The notes under the pieces were generated by a model. That model worked only from the letters and a program-made list of their open reading frames with translations. It was not told the DNA's origin and did not search any database. This document shows, piece after piece, positions 46,209-56,523 of a stretch of 64,000 bases of DNA. Every line of letters begins with the position of its first letter. The first letter of the stretch is position 1. The position numbers were made by a program, and so were the translations under genes. The stretch is from Patescibacteria group bacterium (GTDB taxonomy: Bacteria; Patescibacteriota; Microgenomatia; JAMCZE01): positions 108,093 to 172,092 of the forward strand of contig JAMCRP010000002.1 in the NCBI GenBank assembly GCA_023380635.1, read 5' to 3'.

Positions 46209-47660
46209 CTAACTGTACCGCAGCTTGTATACCCTTAAATCGATTCCTGACGGAAAAACTTTGTCTTCGAGAAGTTTATAGTGGGTGTCCATGTAGTTTC
46301 TGATCCGGGATTCATAGCCCTGATCATAGGACAAAACAAGAAATAAACGGTTATAAATCTGGCTGTAGCTGGCCAATTGGGACTGCATGCTATTTACGGT
46401 AAACGGCGGGGTCGGACCGACAGCATATTGGTCCCAAAGGGGAATGGTGACAATCTTTGTGTGTCCTGTATAAGAGTATTCCAGCGGGTAAATTGTGAAC
46501 GGGGCAGAAACGGCAATAATGTCTTGGGGGGCAGCGTTTTGATCCAGAAAATTGCTGACTTGTTGATAATCCTCTTTAACCGGCGTGTTGACGGAAAAGT
46601 TTTGCACCAGAAGAAGGCCGACCATGATGACCAAAAGGATAGTCGTAAAAAGCCGGGATAAGCCGGCCGGAAAATTTTCCAAAGCCCACGCCAGAAGAAA
46701 AAATAAAGTAGGCAAAACGAAAATCAGATATCGGGCCAGAAAAATCGGGCGAATAAAAGAAAGCAGAAAGGTAAGAATGATCGGAAGGAAAGATAAAAGC
46801 ATAAAATAATCGATTTCCCGGGCGTGGTTAAGTTGGGGCCGGTTGGTGAAAACTAATAACATGAACAGAACGATAAGGGGCCAGAAAGAAACCAGAACCC
46901 CGGTAACCACCGGATTTTGAAAACCAAAAAGGAAACTGATCAGGGTTTCAAAAATATTAAAAGTTGTCGGTGTGGGGATGACCGGTTGAGTGGCGGCTGC
47001 CAGGCCGTTGATGAAGACATAAACGGCCCAAGGAAGAAAGCCAAAACCGGTTAGGAATAACAGTCCGAAAAATTTCAAAAATAAATTCCGATGCCGGATA
47101 ATGGCATAAAGAAACTGGGTTAACAGGACGAAAAAGAAAAAGTAATGGGTAAAAGTTCCGATAACTGCGGATAACACAAACCCTAGTTTTCCTGTTTGCC
47201 CCCGGGTTCTTAAAAATTGCAAATAATAAATATTGTTTATCGTAGTAACTAGAGTAAAAAGAGTGTAAGTTCTGGTTTCGTTGCTGTACCACAGAACAAA
47301 AGGCGAAAGGGCGAAAAGAGCGACTGTTAGAAAGGCGATTCGGGTGTTACTGGCTTCTTTAAACAAAATATAAATTGCGCCTAGGGTCAGCAGAAAAAAG
47401 ATCAGTGATAAGGTTCGGGTAGCGTCCAGGCTGGTACCAAAAACCTGGACCCAAAAATGCAGGAGAAGATTATAAAGCGGCGGGTTCACATCCTGAGACT
47501 GGAGATACAAAATGTCTCTGACGGATTTAGTTGAGACCCAAATAGATTGGGATTCATCCAGCCGGATTGACTGAGAATATAGGGAGAAGGAACTGATTAA
47601 CACGGAAAAAAGAACGATTAAAAGAAATCCTACCGGAACTGAAAAGATTCTCTTAAGCAT
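46209..47660 (-). CDS. GT-C fold (PMT/GT39-like) membrane glycosyltransferase
   Basis: RLDE, DVNPPLY, YSNETRTY, THYF, RYL. Confidence 0.85.
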   Translation of the reverse strand: MLKRIFSVPVGFLLIVLFSVLISSFSLYSQSIRLDESQSIWVSTKSVRDILYLQSQDVNPPLYNLLLHFWVQVFGTSLDATRTLSLIFFLLTLGAIYILFKEASNTRIAFLTVALFALSPFVLWYSNETRTYTLFTLVTTINNIYYLQFLRTRGQTGKLGFVLSAVIGTFTHYFFFFVLLTQFLYAIIRHRNLFLKFFGLLFLTGFGFLPWAVYVFINGLAAATQPVIPTPTTFNIFETLISFLFGFQNPVVTGVLVSFWPLIVLFMLLVFTNRPQLNHAREIDYFMLLSFLPIILTFLLSFIRPIFLARYLIFVLPTLFFLLAWALENFPAGLSRLFTTILLVIMVGLLLVQNFSVNTPVKEDYQQVSNFLDQNAAPQDIIAVSAPFTIYPLEYSYTGHTKIVTIPLWDQYAVGPTPPFTVNSMQSQLASYSQIYNRLFLVLSYDQGYESRIRNYMDTHYKLLEDKVFPSGIDLRVYKLRYS

Positions 47661-49182
47661 AATTTTCCAGCTTGCTAATTTTTTGGGACGGCTTTGGAGT
47701 CCAGAGTTTGTCCCAGGTATAAGCGGCGCGGATAAAAGGAATAAAAGTGACAACATTAAAAGCGGCCCAGGCGATGTTGGTGGCGACTGACGGGTCAAAT
47801 CCCTCCCGGTGGATCGCTACCGCCACTGCGATCGCGGCCAAAAATATATAAACTAAATGCGGGTAGGCCAGGAAAAGAAAATTGCCGGTTTGGGCGGTTT
47901 TGGGGGTGACAGAAAAAGCGGTTTTTTGCCGCAAAAGCACCGCTTTTAAAGCTAGAAGGTACCCAGTCCAATTGGAGAGACCAAAAGAATTGGCCCGGAA
48001 AGTAAAACTGCCGCCGGAAACCACAAGCAGCGTGTAAAGCTGCAGAGCCATGTAGGGGATGAAAAAAATGGCGAAAGTCGTAGTCATAGCATGGACCGGT
48101 TCCAGGCCGGTAAACAAAAAAATCAAAGGCATGACTATATCCACAAAAATTACCGGCCCGCCAAGGTAAAAAGCGGCCGAAGACAGATATTGCAGTTTTT
48201 GCTGCCAGGTTAAACCTCTTTTAAGTATCGGGTTTTGGCCAAAAGCTACCTCCAGCGACCCTCTGGCCCAACGCAGCTGTTGTTTGAAATATGAGGACAA
48301 ATCTTCCGGAGCCAAACCGGTGGCCAAAACTTCAGGAAGGTAGTATGACAGATAACCTTGCTGATGGATTCTGATAGAAGTTAAAAAATCCTCAGCAATA
48401 TTGTCTTCAGCCATACCGCCGACATTCGTTAAAGCTGACCGGGCAATGGCGACATTAGTGCCGCAGATGAAAGCAGCATTGTCCCGGTCTTTACCACGCA
48501 TGATTGGTCCGAAAAATAACTCCTGCTGTTCCCAGGCGCTGGTGGTGACATAATTTTTTTCCCAATTGCGGTAATACTGGGGTGTCTGAACGAAACCAAC
48601 CCGGCGATCAATAAAAAACGGAATGGTTTTTTGAAGAAATGCAGGGCTCGGAGCCATGTCGGCATCGAAAATAACCACAATCGGGGCGGCAGTCTGGCGC
48701 AAGGCGTTATTAATGTTGCCCGCTTTCGCTCCTGGGTTGGTCGGCCGCATAATGTGATTTACTCCAAGTTCGGTTGCCAAAAGTTCTACCTCTTTCCAAT
48801 TGTCTTTTTTAAGGGCGAAACCGTCATTGAGAATATAAGTTTTAAAGTTTGGATAATTCATATTTTTGGCAGCCAAAATAGTTTGCCGGACAATTTCCGT
48901 CGGTTCGCCGGCGACGGTAATAAAAACATCAACCGGCGGAGAGAATTCTTTGGTTTGGGCGAAAGGAGCGGTTTCACGCCGGTTATTTTTTGCCGGCCAA
49001 AGAGTGTACCAAAAAGTCCAAGCCATAAAGACATGGTAAATTTCTCCGATTAGAAGTAACGAAAACAAAATCGGATTGCCGATTACTCCTGGGGTGAACC
49101 ACCAAGAGAGGTAGAGAAGAGCCATAAAAAAATTGATTATCAGCAGCTCTTTAGCTACCGGGCGGTAAGGAATCTCGTTCAT
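47653..49182 (-). CDS. Cellulose synthase-like GT2 (BcsA-like, no PilZ domain)
   Basis: DG, AKAGN, FDAD, VQTPQ, FICGT, AED, QQLRWARG, FSVTPK. Confidence 0.9.
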   Translation of the reverse strand: MNEIPYRPVAKELLIINFFMALLYLSWWFTPGVIGNPILFSLLLIGEIYHVFMAWTFWYTLWPAKNNRRETAPFAQTKEFSPPVDVFITVAGEPTEIVRQTILAAKNMNYPNFKTYILNDGFALKKDNWKEVELLATELGVNHIMRPTNPGAKAGNINNALRQTAAPIVVIFDADMAPSPAFLQKTIPFFIDRRVGFVQTPQYYRNWEKNYVTTSAWEQQELFFGPIMRGKDRDNAAFICGTNVAIARSALTNVGGMAEDNIAEDFLTSIRIHQQGYLSYYLPEVLATGLAPEDLSSYFKQQLRWARGSLEVAFGQNPILKRGLTWQQKLQYLSSAAFYLGGPVIFVDIVMPLIFLFTGLEPVHAMTTTFAIFFIPYMALQLYTLLVVSGGSFTFRANSFGLSNWTGYLLALKAVLLRQKTAFSVTPKTAQTGNFLFLAYPHLVYIFLAAIAVAVAIHREGFDPSVATNIAWAAFNVVTFIPFIRAAYTWDKLWTPKPSQKISKLENYA

Positions 49183-50343
49183 TTAAAAAGGAATTAAATA
49201 TTGGTTATAGAGTCCCGCACCAAACCAGAGCCAGTTTTGGTCATAGTAAGGCAATGTGGACACGAATGAATTGGTGTCGTTAGAATAAAGTTTCAGGATT
49301 TTGTCCTCATACATTTTTTTGGCAAGACCCGGATTAGTAAGAAGAAAATATCCTTCAGCGGTAGCATACATTGCGGGACTTTCGTCAGCGTTAATAACGG
49401 TGCCGTCATGGGCGTAGGTTGCCGCCAGTTTTCCGGTTGTCTGATAGTCAGTCGAAAGTTTTTGAAAATGGCTGGTTAAAAAACTTTGGGCCCGGGGCTC
49501 TTTATTCCATTGCCAGTCTAAATTAATTCGCCAGGGAATCCGCATGGCGTCGAAAGAATAATTATTATCTAATTGGGAAATACCAGGACTGACCAGGTCA
49601 TTATTAAACCGGTTCACGGCGATCCAGTCGGGGGGAAGTCCGGAATTGGGGTCAGCGCTTTTTTCCAAAAGCTGATAGGCGGGAGTAATCAAACTGTTCC
49701 AGTCGTGTTTAGTGTCTACTTGGGCAAAAATCCGCCAGGCATAAGGAGCAAAATATGAGGGATTAATAATCAGCCGGTCAGGGTTTTGAGCCCAGTTGCC
49801 GGCGACAACATATCTGGTTCCGGCCGAAGTAGTGGCAGTGTCAATCTTCCAAAGATCGGGCAAAATGGCATTGGCAGCATTGAGATAGGGTTGCTCCCGC
49901 CAGCGGCGATTTGCCAAGATTAGTGCCAAAGCTATGTCCGTATCCGCGTCTGAAGCGCTGTTGTCTCCGCCGCCGTCTAAAAAGCCAAAACCGCCGCTGG
50001 TTCGCTGACCCCAGCGCCAGCCGAAAAGATTATCCCCCGGACGTTTCAAATTTTGGCTGGTCCATTTCCAGCACAAATCGAATTCGGCCTTATTGTCAAC
50101 CCAGACAGAGCGCAGGAGACAATAACTTTGGCCTTCAGAAGTAGTTAGAGAACTTTGGGAATAGTCGATAACCCGGCCGTCACTGTTTATAAACTGGGTT
50201 TTGTATTTTTCCCAGGACGAGGTCATGATGACATTGCCGGAAAAGGTCCGCGGGATTTGAGAAGTTCGGGAATTGAAATACAGAACCCCCAGGAAGAGGC
50301 CTATTCCCAGAAGGATTGCCAGATAACCAAGAGATTTTTTCAT
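49183..50343 (-). CDS. GH8 endoglucanase (BcsZ-like)
   Basis: TTSEGQSY, NSASDAD, NPSYF, YSFDAMRI. Confidence 0.9.
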   Translation of the reverse strand: MKKSLGYLAILLGIGLFLGVLYFNSRTSQIPRTFSGNVIMTSSWEKYKTQFINSDGRVIDYSQSSLTTSEGQSYCLLRSVWVDNKAEFDLCWKWTSQNLKRPGDNLFGWRWGQRTSGGFGFLDGGGDNSASDADTDIALALILANRRWREQPYLNAANAILPDLWKIDTATTSAGTRYVVAGNWAQNPDRLIINPSYFAPYAWRIFAQVDTKHDWNSLITPAYQLLEKSADPNSGLPPDWIAVNRFNNDLVSPGISQLDNNYSFDAMRIPWRINLDWQWNKEPRAQSFLTSHFQKLSTDYQTTGKLAATYAHDGTVINADESPAMYATAEGYFLLTNPGLAKKMYEDKILKLYSNDTNSFVSTLPYYDQNWLWFGAGLYNQYLIPF

Positions 50344-50347
50344 AGGT

Positions 50348-50851
50348 CTACGGACGAATTAACAATAATCCGGCAGAAACCAGGCCGGTGGCTAACCCTA
50401 AAAGCAAAAGAGTGTAGGGCAAGGGCAAAGTGGCGCTCTGATAATACTGGCCGGGAAGTAAGCGGGAGAAAAGCAATAGTGGCGGACGGATTATTGAAAG
50501 CGCGCCGGAAGCCAGGCTTTTGACCACCGGATTGGGAATATTATTAATCTGGCTGGCCACAGCGGAAGTAATATCCGGCAGCGCGGCCGGGGAGCTGACC
50601 GGAGTTATCATCTGAGCCGTCGGTGTAGAGACGGCCGAGGGAGTGCTGATAATGGCTGCCGGAGGAGTTGCCGATGGGATGCTGGGCGCGGGGGTGGCGG
50701 TTAAAACCGGAGGGAAAATCAGTTGGGGGATAGCGGAACCGGTTGCCGGAGAAGCAGAGGGAGTGGCGGGGACGACAATTTTAACTTGGGTTTGGACAAT
50801 TTTATACGGCGGGAGGGAATACGGCATGTTTTGATTGTGCGAAGTCCACAT
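50348..50851 (-). CDS. Pro/Ala/Ser/Thr-rich protein with C-terminal TM (start uncertain)
   Basis: Low-complexity linker-like sequence; stop 5 nt before the GH8 start. Confidence 0.55.
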   Translation of the reverse strand: MWTSHNQNMPYSLPPYKIVQTQVKIVVPATPSASPATGSAIPQLIFPPVLTATPAPSIPSATPPAAIISTPSAVSTPTAQMITPVSSPAALPDITSAVASQINNIPNPVVKSLASGALSIIRPPLLLFSRLLPGQYYQSATLPLPYTLLLLGLATGLVSAGLLLIRP

Positions 50852-50999
50852 AAAAAGAAAATGAGAGGTGGGTAAGAAAGTGGGAAACAGACCGCCAGAT
50901 CGGGCCAAATGAAATAAATTCCGCTTGGCTTGACACCGGAAAGAACCTCTGATAGGATGCCCCCTTGTTGTCTGTTCCGATTCGATTGGAATTTGCCTG

Positions 51000-52985
51000 A
51001 TGAGAAAATTTCTCACCAGCGTCCTGCTTGCGGCTGCCCTTATTTTTGCAGGCGGACCATATATAGTTTTGGCAACCGGCGTTACCTGGTCAAACTGGTC
51101 CTGGGGAAGCCAAGTCAGTGATATTAACGCCAATCCGATTTCCTGGACACCAGGCGGTTGGGGCGGGCTGTATCTTCATACCGATACCGCCATCGATCCG
51201 AAAGCCGCCGCTTCTTTTAACTTCACGATTAATAATGTTCCCAATGGTGAGAAAATCCGGGCTTTCTTCTATGACCAAAATAATAATCAACTGCCGCAAC
51301 TGGCTGAAATTTCTTCTTCCGGTGATTATAACTACCCGATAAATAATCCCATCAAGGGTTTTGCTCTTCAGGAGGGCACCGGAAATAACCAACCAACAAT
51401 AACAGTCAGTAACATTAATTTGCCGGCGCCGGCCTCGACGCAAGATACCTCGAATACGACTAATACCTCAAATACGGCAAGCAACGCCACTTATTCAGAT
51501 TTTTCCTCCTGGCAAAACTGGTCCTGGAACGGTCAGGCCAATATCGGCTCCACCATTACTTTCCAGTCCGGAGGCCAGTGGGCGGGATTGTACTTACACT
51601 CTGACACGGGGATTAATACTGGCGGTTTCAACTATTTAAGTTTTAACGCTAAAGCTTCCCAACCGGGAGAAAAATATCGGGTTATTCTTTATGATGACAA
51701 TAATCAAACAACAAACCTTGGCAACGCGATTGATAATCTCGACGGTTCGACAGTCAATATTGCCCTTTCCGATTTAAACGGGACCAACCGGGTGATCAAA
51801 GGCATTGTTTTTCAGGACATTGGAACGGTTCAGGGGATGCTGACGATCACCAATCTTACCATGATGGCCAATATTAATAATGCTATCCTTCCCGCGCCGG
51901 CGCCGCTGCCAATCTTTGCGCCGGCCGCGGCCAGGGGTAGCTATACAGTCAACAACGGCGGTATTTATCAGGGAAGCACCAAAATTAATTTGCATGGAAT
52001 CAACTGGTTTGGTTTTGAAACCAGCACGAATGTGGTTCATGGTTTGTGGGCACGGGGCTATAAAGACATGATTTCCCAAATTAAATCTCTGGGCTTTAAC
52101 GCTGTCCGGCTGCCGTATTGTCCCGCGAGTGTTCAAGGCGTAGCGACTACTTCTATCGATTATTCCAAAAACCCGGATCTGGCCGGCCTGAACAGCTTGC
52201 AGGTGATGGATAAGATCGTGAACGAAATGAGCAATCAGGGGATCTATGTTCTTTTGGATTCCCACCGGCCGGATTGTAATACTCAGTCAGAACTTTGGTA
52301 CACCGGGTCCTACTCCGAACCCCAATGGATTAATGATCTGGTAACCCTGGCGAAAAGATACGCCGGTGTATCGAACTTCATCGGCCTGGATCTGAAAAAT
52401 GAGCCGCATGGATCGGCTACTTGGGGTACAGGAAACAGCAGCACTGATTGGAATCTCGCGGCGGAAAAAGCAGGGAACGCAGTTCTGGCGGCAAACCCTA
52501 ATATATTAGTATTCGTCGAGGGCATTGGCGATAACCCGACCTGCCAAGATTCTAACGGCCATTTCTGGGGCGGTAATTTGGCGCCGGTCAAATGCAAAAC
52601 TTTAAACCTGCCTTCCAATAAATATGTTTATTCGCCCCATGTCTATGGCCCCGATGTTTCCTGGCAATCCTATTTTGGGGCGGGGGATTTTCCCAATAAC
52701 ATGCCCGCAATCTGGGACTCGCAGTGGGGCTACCTCGAGAGTACGAATGCTTTAGCACCGGGAGAATGGGGCGGAAAATATGGGACCAATGGCGGAAGTC
52801 CTGCGGATGTTACCTGGGAAAACGCTTTCGCCAAATACTTAACTTCCAAAGGTGTCTGTAGTTCGTTCTACTGGGATTTAAACCCGAATTCCGGCGACAC
52901 GGGCGGAGTGTTGCAGGATGACTGGACTACACCCGTAAGCAGTAAAGTTTCACTTCTGCAAAACTACTTCAATTCCTGCCGCTAA
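51000..52985 (+). CDS. Secreted GH5 endoglucanase with two N-terminal CBM-like repeats
   Basis: GINWFGFET, RLP, DLKNEPH, YSPHVYGP, GEWGG, WDLNPNSGDTGG; repeated W(S/Q)NWSW..W(G/A)GLYLH modules. Confidence 0.92.
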   Translation: MRKFLTSVLLAAALIFAGGPYIVLATGVTWSNWSWGSQVSDINANPISWTPGGWGGLYLHTDTAIDPKAAASFNFTINNVPNGEKIRAFFYDQNNNQLPQLAEISSSGDYNYPINNPIKGFALQEGTGNNQPTITVSNINLPAPASTQDTSNTTNTSNTASNATYSDFSSWQNWSWNGQANIGSTITFQSGGQWAGLYLHSDTGINTGGFNYLSFNAKASQPGEKYRVILYDDNNQTTNLGNAIDNLDGSTVNIALSDLNGTNRVIKGIVFQDIGTVQGMLTITNLTMMANINNAILPAPAPLPIFAPAAARGSYTVNNGGIYQGSTKINLHGINWFGFETSTNVVHGLWARGYKDMISQIKSLGFNAVRLPYCPASVQGVATTSIDYSKNPDLAGLNSLQVMDKIVNEMSNQGIYVLLDSHRPDCNTQSELWYTGSYSEPQWINDLVTLAKRYAGVSNFIGLDLKNEPHGSATWGTGNSSTDWNLAAEKAGNAVLAANPNILVFVEGIGDNPTCQDSNGHFWGGNLAPVKCKTLNLPSNKYVYSPHVYGPDVSWQSYFGAGDFPNNMPAIWDSQWGYLESTNALAPGEWGGKYGTNGGSPADVTWENAFAKYLTSKGVCSSFYWDLNPNSGDTGGVLQDDWTTPVSSKVSLLQNYFNSCR

Positions 52986-53003
52986 TCGGTTATATTAATT
53001 TCT

Positions 53004-53483
53004 ATGAAAGATAAGCTTTATTGGGGACTGGTAGTATTTTTGGTAGCTGCCATTGCGGGGGTTTTGGTGTTAGGATTAAAAGATAATAAAGCTCATATTG
53101 AAGAAAAACCGCTAACCGTGACTAATTCTGCGAACACGACCAATACTAATAACCAGCAGTTGAAAATTGAGGACTTAACTGTCGGGACGGGCAGTGCCGC
53201 GGAGAACGGAGATACCGTGACAGTAAATTATACCGGGACACTGACTGACGGAAAAAAGTTTGACAGCTCCTATGACCGCCACGAGCCGTTTAAGTTTAAA
53301 CTGGGCGCGGGTGAAGTGATCCGAGGTTGGGACCAGGGGATTTTGGGAATGAAAGTCGGCGGCAAAAGGAGATTAACTATACCGCCGGAATTGGGCTATG
53401 GCTCAAGAGGTGCGGGTGCGGCCATTCCGCCAAATTCTACCCTGATTTTTGAAGTCGAGTTGCTGGATACCTCAAAAAAATAG
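53004..53483 (+). CDS. FKBP-type peptidyl-prolyl isomerase
   Basis: [31 protein letters not shown]. Confidence 0.96.
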   Translation: MKDKLYWGLVVFLVAAIAGVLVLGLKDNKAHIEEKPLTVTNSANTTNTNNQQLKIEDLTVGTGSAAENGDTVTVNYTGTLTDGKKFDSSYDRHEPFKFKLGAGEVIRGWDQGILGMKVGGKRRLTIPPELGYGSRGAGAAIPPNSTLIFEVELLDTSKK

Positions 53484-54071
53484 TTAAAAGCCTAAAAGTT
53501 CTTCGACAAGGATAATTTTAATCCGGCCGGGCTTGATCTCATGATTAATAATTAAGATTTTGGCGACTTCACTGCCGACGCCGTAAGCTTTGTGGGCTCG
53601 GGCATCTTCTAGGGGAAGCGAATGCTCGTAAATTCGCTTAAAAGCCATGTCTAAATCAGCAACGATTTTTTGGGTTCCGACAACCCAGAGCACGTGATTG
53701 GCTCCATAGGCATAGGCGGGCAATTGGCTGCCGGTTTTGGAAGCAATCAAAACCTGGCCGTTTTCCGTAATGGCGTGAACCGAGCCGACGGCCCAGTCGG
53801 GGACAGAACCAAGATAGCCTTTTTCTTTAATAATTTTACGGACTGAATCATACCTGTCTGACTCGTTTAGTTCCTGTGACAGACCAATTGTTTCCAAAGT
53901 CATCGAAGTCATGGTCATAACCTGGGCGTTTTCGGGGATAATTTCCAAAGCCATTTTTTTGGCCTCGGTGCTGTCTCGGGCGATGATAGCTTCCATGCCA
54001 TTGTTTTGCAGGGCCGTTACCGCTTTGTTTATCAGCTTTTTCTCAGGAAGTTGGGTAAAACTTAATTCCAT
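53484..54071 (-). CDS. LUD-domain (LutC/YkgG-like) protein
   Basis: GSVHAITENGQ..SKTGSQL..YGA..VVGTQKIV. Confidence 0.85.
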   Translation of the reverse strand: MELSFTQLPEKKLINKAVTALQNNGMEAIIARDSTEAKKMALEIIPENAQVMTMTSMTLETIGLSQELNESDRYDSVRKIIKEKGYLGSVPDWAVGSVHAITENGQVLIASKTGSQLPAYAYGANHVLWVVGTQKIVADLDMAFKRIYEHSLPLEDARAHKAYGVGSEVAKILIINHEIKPGRIKIILVEELLGF

Positions 54072-54188
54072 TAGTCAAAATTATAAACCAGAAATTTTAA
54101 AAACAGGATAAATTTTATGTTTCTTATAGATTTACTACGGATTTATAACTCGCAGTTTAAAGCTGATTTCTATCCTTATTTCTGATTT

Positions 54189-54407
54189 ATGGCAAAAAGA
54201 AAAGGCAAAAGGCCGGTTATCCCTGACAATCCATATATTAATGACTCTGATGAAGCCAACATTGATACGAACGAAGTTGCCGGAGTGCGCCGGGGAAAAA
54301 ACGACACGACTGATGCCGGAAAAGAAGAACCTTCATATGAAGATACTCTTGAGACTGAGAATCAGGAAGAGGGTGAAGGATTGAACGATACATCAGGGGG
54401 TGATTAA
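54189..54407 (+). CDS. Small acidic disordered protein
   Basis: 72 aa, Asp/Glu-rich. Confidence 0.6.
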   Translation: MAKRKGKRPVIPDNPYINDSDEANIDTNEVAGVRRGKNDTTDAGKEEPSYEDTLETENQEEGEGLNDTSGGD

Positions 54408-54409
54408 TT

Positions 54410-54694
54410 ATGGCTAATGGACAGGGAACATCAAAAACCACAACCGATCATAACGCCATTAAAAAATGGGCGGAGGAACGCGGCGGCAAACCGGCCAAGG
54501 TGAAAGGTACCGGCGGTGGCGGAGATGTCGGCATGATCCGGTTTATGTTCGGCGGCAACGACCAGGCTCTCGAGGAAATTTCCTGGAACGATTTTTTCAA
54601 AGAGTTTGATAACAAAAAACTGGCTCTGCTTTACCAGGATAAAACCCGGGAAGGACAGTTGAGCCGCTTTTTCAAATTTGTGAGGGCGAGATAA
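54410..54694 (+). CDS. Conserved small protein (TTDHxxIxxWAEERGG family)
   Basis: TTTDHNAIKKWAEERGGKPA..LEEISWNDFF..SRFFKFV; SD GGGGGTGA. Confidence 0.85.
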   Translation: MANGQGTSKTTTDHNAIKKWAEERGGKPAKVKGTGGGGDVGMIRFMFGGNDQALEEISWNDFFKEFDNKKLALLYQDKTREGQLSRFFKFVRAR

Positions 54695-54706
54695 AATCGG
54701 ATAAAA

Positions 54707-54843
54707 TCACTTTGATTTTACCTTCAGGTTGATCTTTTTTGGTTTGGCTTCCGGGGCAATTGGAGCGGTGACCGTAATAATGCCGTTATCACATTCCGCG
54801 GTAATCTTGTTGGCATCGACGGCCCGAGGCAAAGTGGTGGATA
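54707..54843 (-). pseudogene. Hsp20/alpha-crystallin C-terminal remnant
   Basis: TLPRAVDANKITAECDNGIITVTAP..KPKKI; N-terminal half absent. Confidence 0.7.
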
Positions 54844-54920
54844 GGGGCGGAAGGTCAAAAAAGGTTAAGATTTCAGTTGGAAATTCAAGGCAATGATTCT
54901 TGTATAATAAATTCAAATAT

Positions 54921-55280
54921 ATGGATCAAATAGTAAAAGAAGTAATTGACCAGCTGAAAGCACAACTACAGTCTCATAGACAATCTGTCAGCCATGCGGT
55001 CACGGCTTCGCGGGAAGCGCCGAGCCGGATGGAAGCCAGGTATGACAGCCGCAAAGAAGATATGGCCAATTTGGCCAATGCTCAGGATGAAATCGTCGCT
55101 CAGTATGAGCAATTAATTATTGAGTTGGAAACAACCGTGAACCAACCGGTGTTTGACGGGAAAGGTGGTTATTACCTATTAGTAAGCAAATACGGCGGAA
55201 AAAGTTTTCAAACTTCGGCGGGAAAAGTGACCCTGGTTAGCATCGAATCACCTTTAGGTCAAAAGCTGGCGCAAAGTTAG
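54921..55280 (+). CDS. GreA/GreB-family-like protein (shortened)
   Basis: Coiled coil with EARYDSRKE, C-terminal VSIESPLG. Confidence 0.6.
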   Translation: MDQIVKEVIDQLKAQLQSHRQSVSHAVTASREAPSRMEARYDSRKEDMANLANAQDEIVAQYEQLIIELETTVNQPVFDGKGGYYLLVSKYGGKSFQTSAGKVTLVSIESPLGQKLAQS

Positions 55281-55934
55281 GGCGTTTTTGGGGGCGAAGC
55301 CAAAAGCATCATTGTTAAAGTAAGCATACACGCTCATATTTTTGTCCAGATATTTCCTAATATGTCCAGCATAGTCCTCTAGTTCCCCGGAAGTGTACTC
55401 GCTGCTATACAGACTCCGGCTGCCGTGGAAGCGGAGATAAATAAAGTCAGCCGTGCTTTCCCAGACGGTGGGCAGCTGTGGATGACTGATAATGACATAG
55501 GCGCAGCAGTGTTTTGCTAAAAATTCATAAACATCGGGACTGTTCCAGGTTTCATTACGAAATTCGAAAGCCTGCCGCACCCCGGGAAAGAGTTTTAGCC
55601 GGCGCAAATTCTTTTTCTCCCCGGGAGAAAATTGGAAAAGAAGCGGCCCAAGATGGTTTTTCAATAGCCTTGCCCGGGCCACAGTTTCCGGCCAGACAGT
55701 GGGGTAGCGGTTGGCCTTAATAGAATAGATAAAATCTTTGGGCGCCCGCTCGAGCCAGTTTTCCCAGGTGTTTATTTTTGGCAGACCATAGTAAGTATTA
55801 TTGATCTCGACGGTGTCGAAGACTGACGCGTAATACGCAAACTCTTCTTTTTGCGGTAAACCTTGCGGATAAAAAACGCCGCCGCGCCAGTGGGCGTAAT
55901 TCCAACCGGAACAGCCGATCCATACTTTTCCCAT
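55254..55934 (-). CDS. DUF72 (YecE) family protein
   Basis: IGCSGWNY, TVEINNTYY, LFQF, AFEFR, YLRFHG, YFNND. Confidence 0.93.
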   Translation of the reverse strand: MGKVWIGCSGWNYAHWRGGVFYPQGLPQKEEFAYYASVFDTVEINNTYYGLPKINTWENWLERAPKDFIYSIKANRYPTVWPETVARARLLKNHLGPLLFQFSPGEKKNLRRLKLFPGVRQAFEFRNETWNSPDVYEFLAKHCCAYVIISHPQLPTVWESTADFIYLRFHGSRSLYSSEYTSGELEDYAGHIRKYLDKNMSVYAYFNNDAFGFAPKNALTLRQLLT

Positions 55935-55986
55935 TCTTACAGGCCCCTTAATCATATTTTAAGCTCAAAAAATAAGATTTGCGTAT

Positions 55987-56523
55987 ATGCAGACCCTGCC
56001 CCTGCGCGATAGTGATGATCTTTTACCTTTGATCCGTCTGGTGGGCCAAAGGAGTGTTGCCGGTTTTGCGGTGAAAACGATTTCGCATGAGTTTACCAAC
56101 TGGAAAACGGAAATTACCAAAAAGCTGATTGTTAATCAGGGGTTTGATTTTCTCGTGGTGCCGGAGTGCGCGAAAACTCTTGATGAATATGTTCGCCGGC
56201 TTGACGGCGGCAAGACAGCCTATGAAACTTTGCGCCGGTGTCCAAAATATGCCACCTGGGAAATGCTGGGTTTTTTGGAGTGGTTGCGGGATCTCAACGA
56301 CGGCCTGCCGGATTACCAAAAAATCAGTTTTGTTAAGCAGATACCAAAGAATCCGGACCCGAGAAACCGCTTTCTTTTTTGGGAAAAACCGCGGGGGGTT
56401 AAAATTCGTCTGGAAACGGGCAAAAATGATGAATTAATTTTGGTTTCAAAAAAAGAAGCGGTTATTAAAGTTTCCACCCTTCGTCCGGTTAACCCGTTGG
56501 ATTTTCAGGGGGAATGGCTGTAG
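55987..56523 (+). CDS. Degenerate, shortened erythromycin-esterase-like protein
   Basis: DLLPLI..HEF..EITKKLI..GFDF..WEMLGFLEWLR; GEATHG motif lost. Confidence 0.55.
   Translation: MQTLPLRDSDDLLPLIRLVGQRSVAGFAVKTISHEFTNWKTEITKKLIVNQGFDFLVVPECAKTLDEYVRRLDGGKTAYETLRRCPKYATWEMLGFLEWLRDLNDGLPDYQKISFVKQIPKNPDPRNRFLFWEKPRGVKIRLETGKNDELILVSKKEAVIKVSTLRPVNPLDFQGEWL

Noticed and set aside
55987-56523. Macrolide resistance gene (ere)
   Set aside because: Much shorter than Ere enzymes and the catalytic motif is absent.
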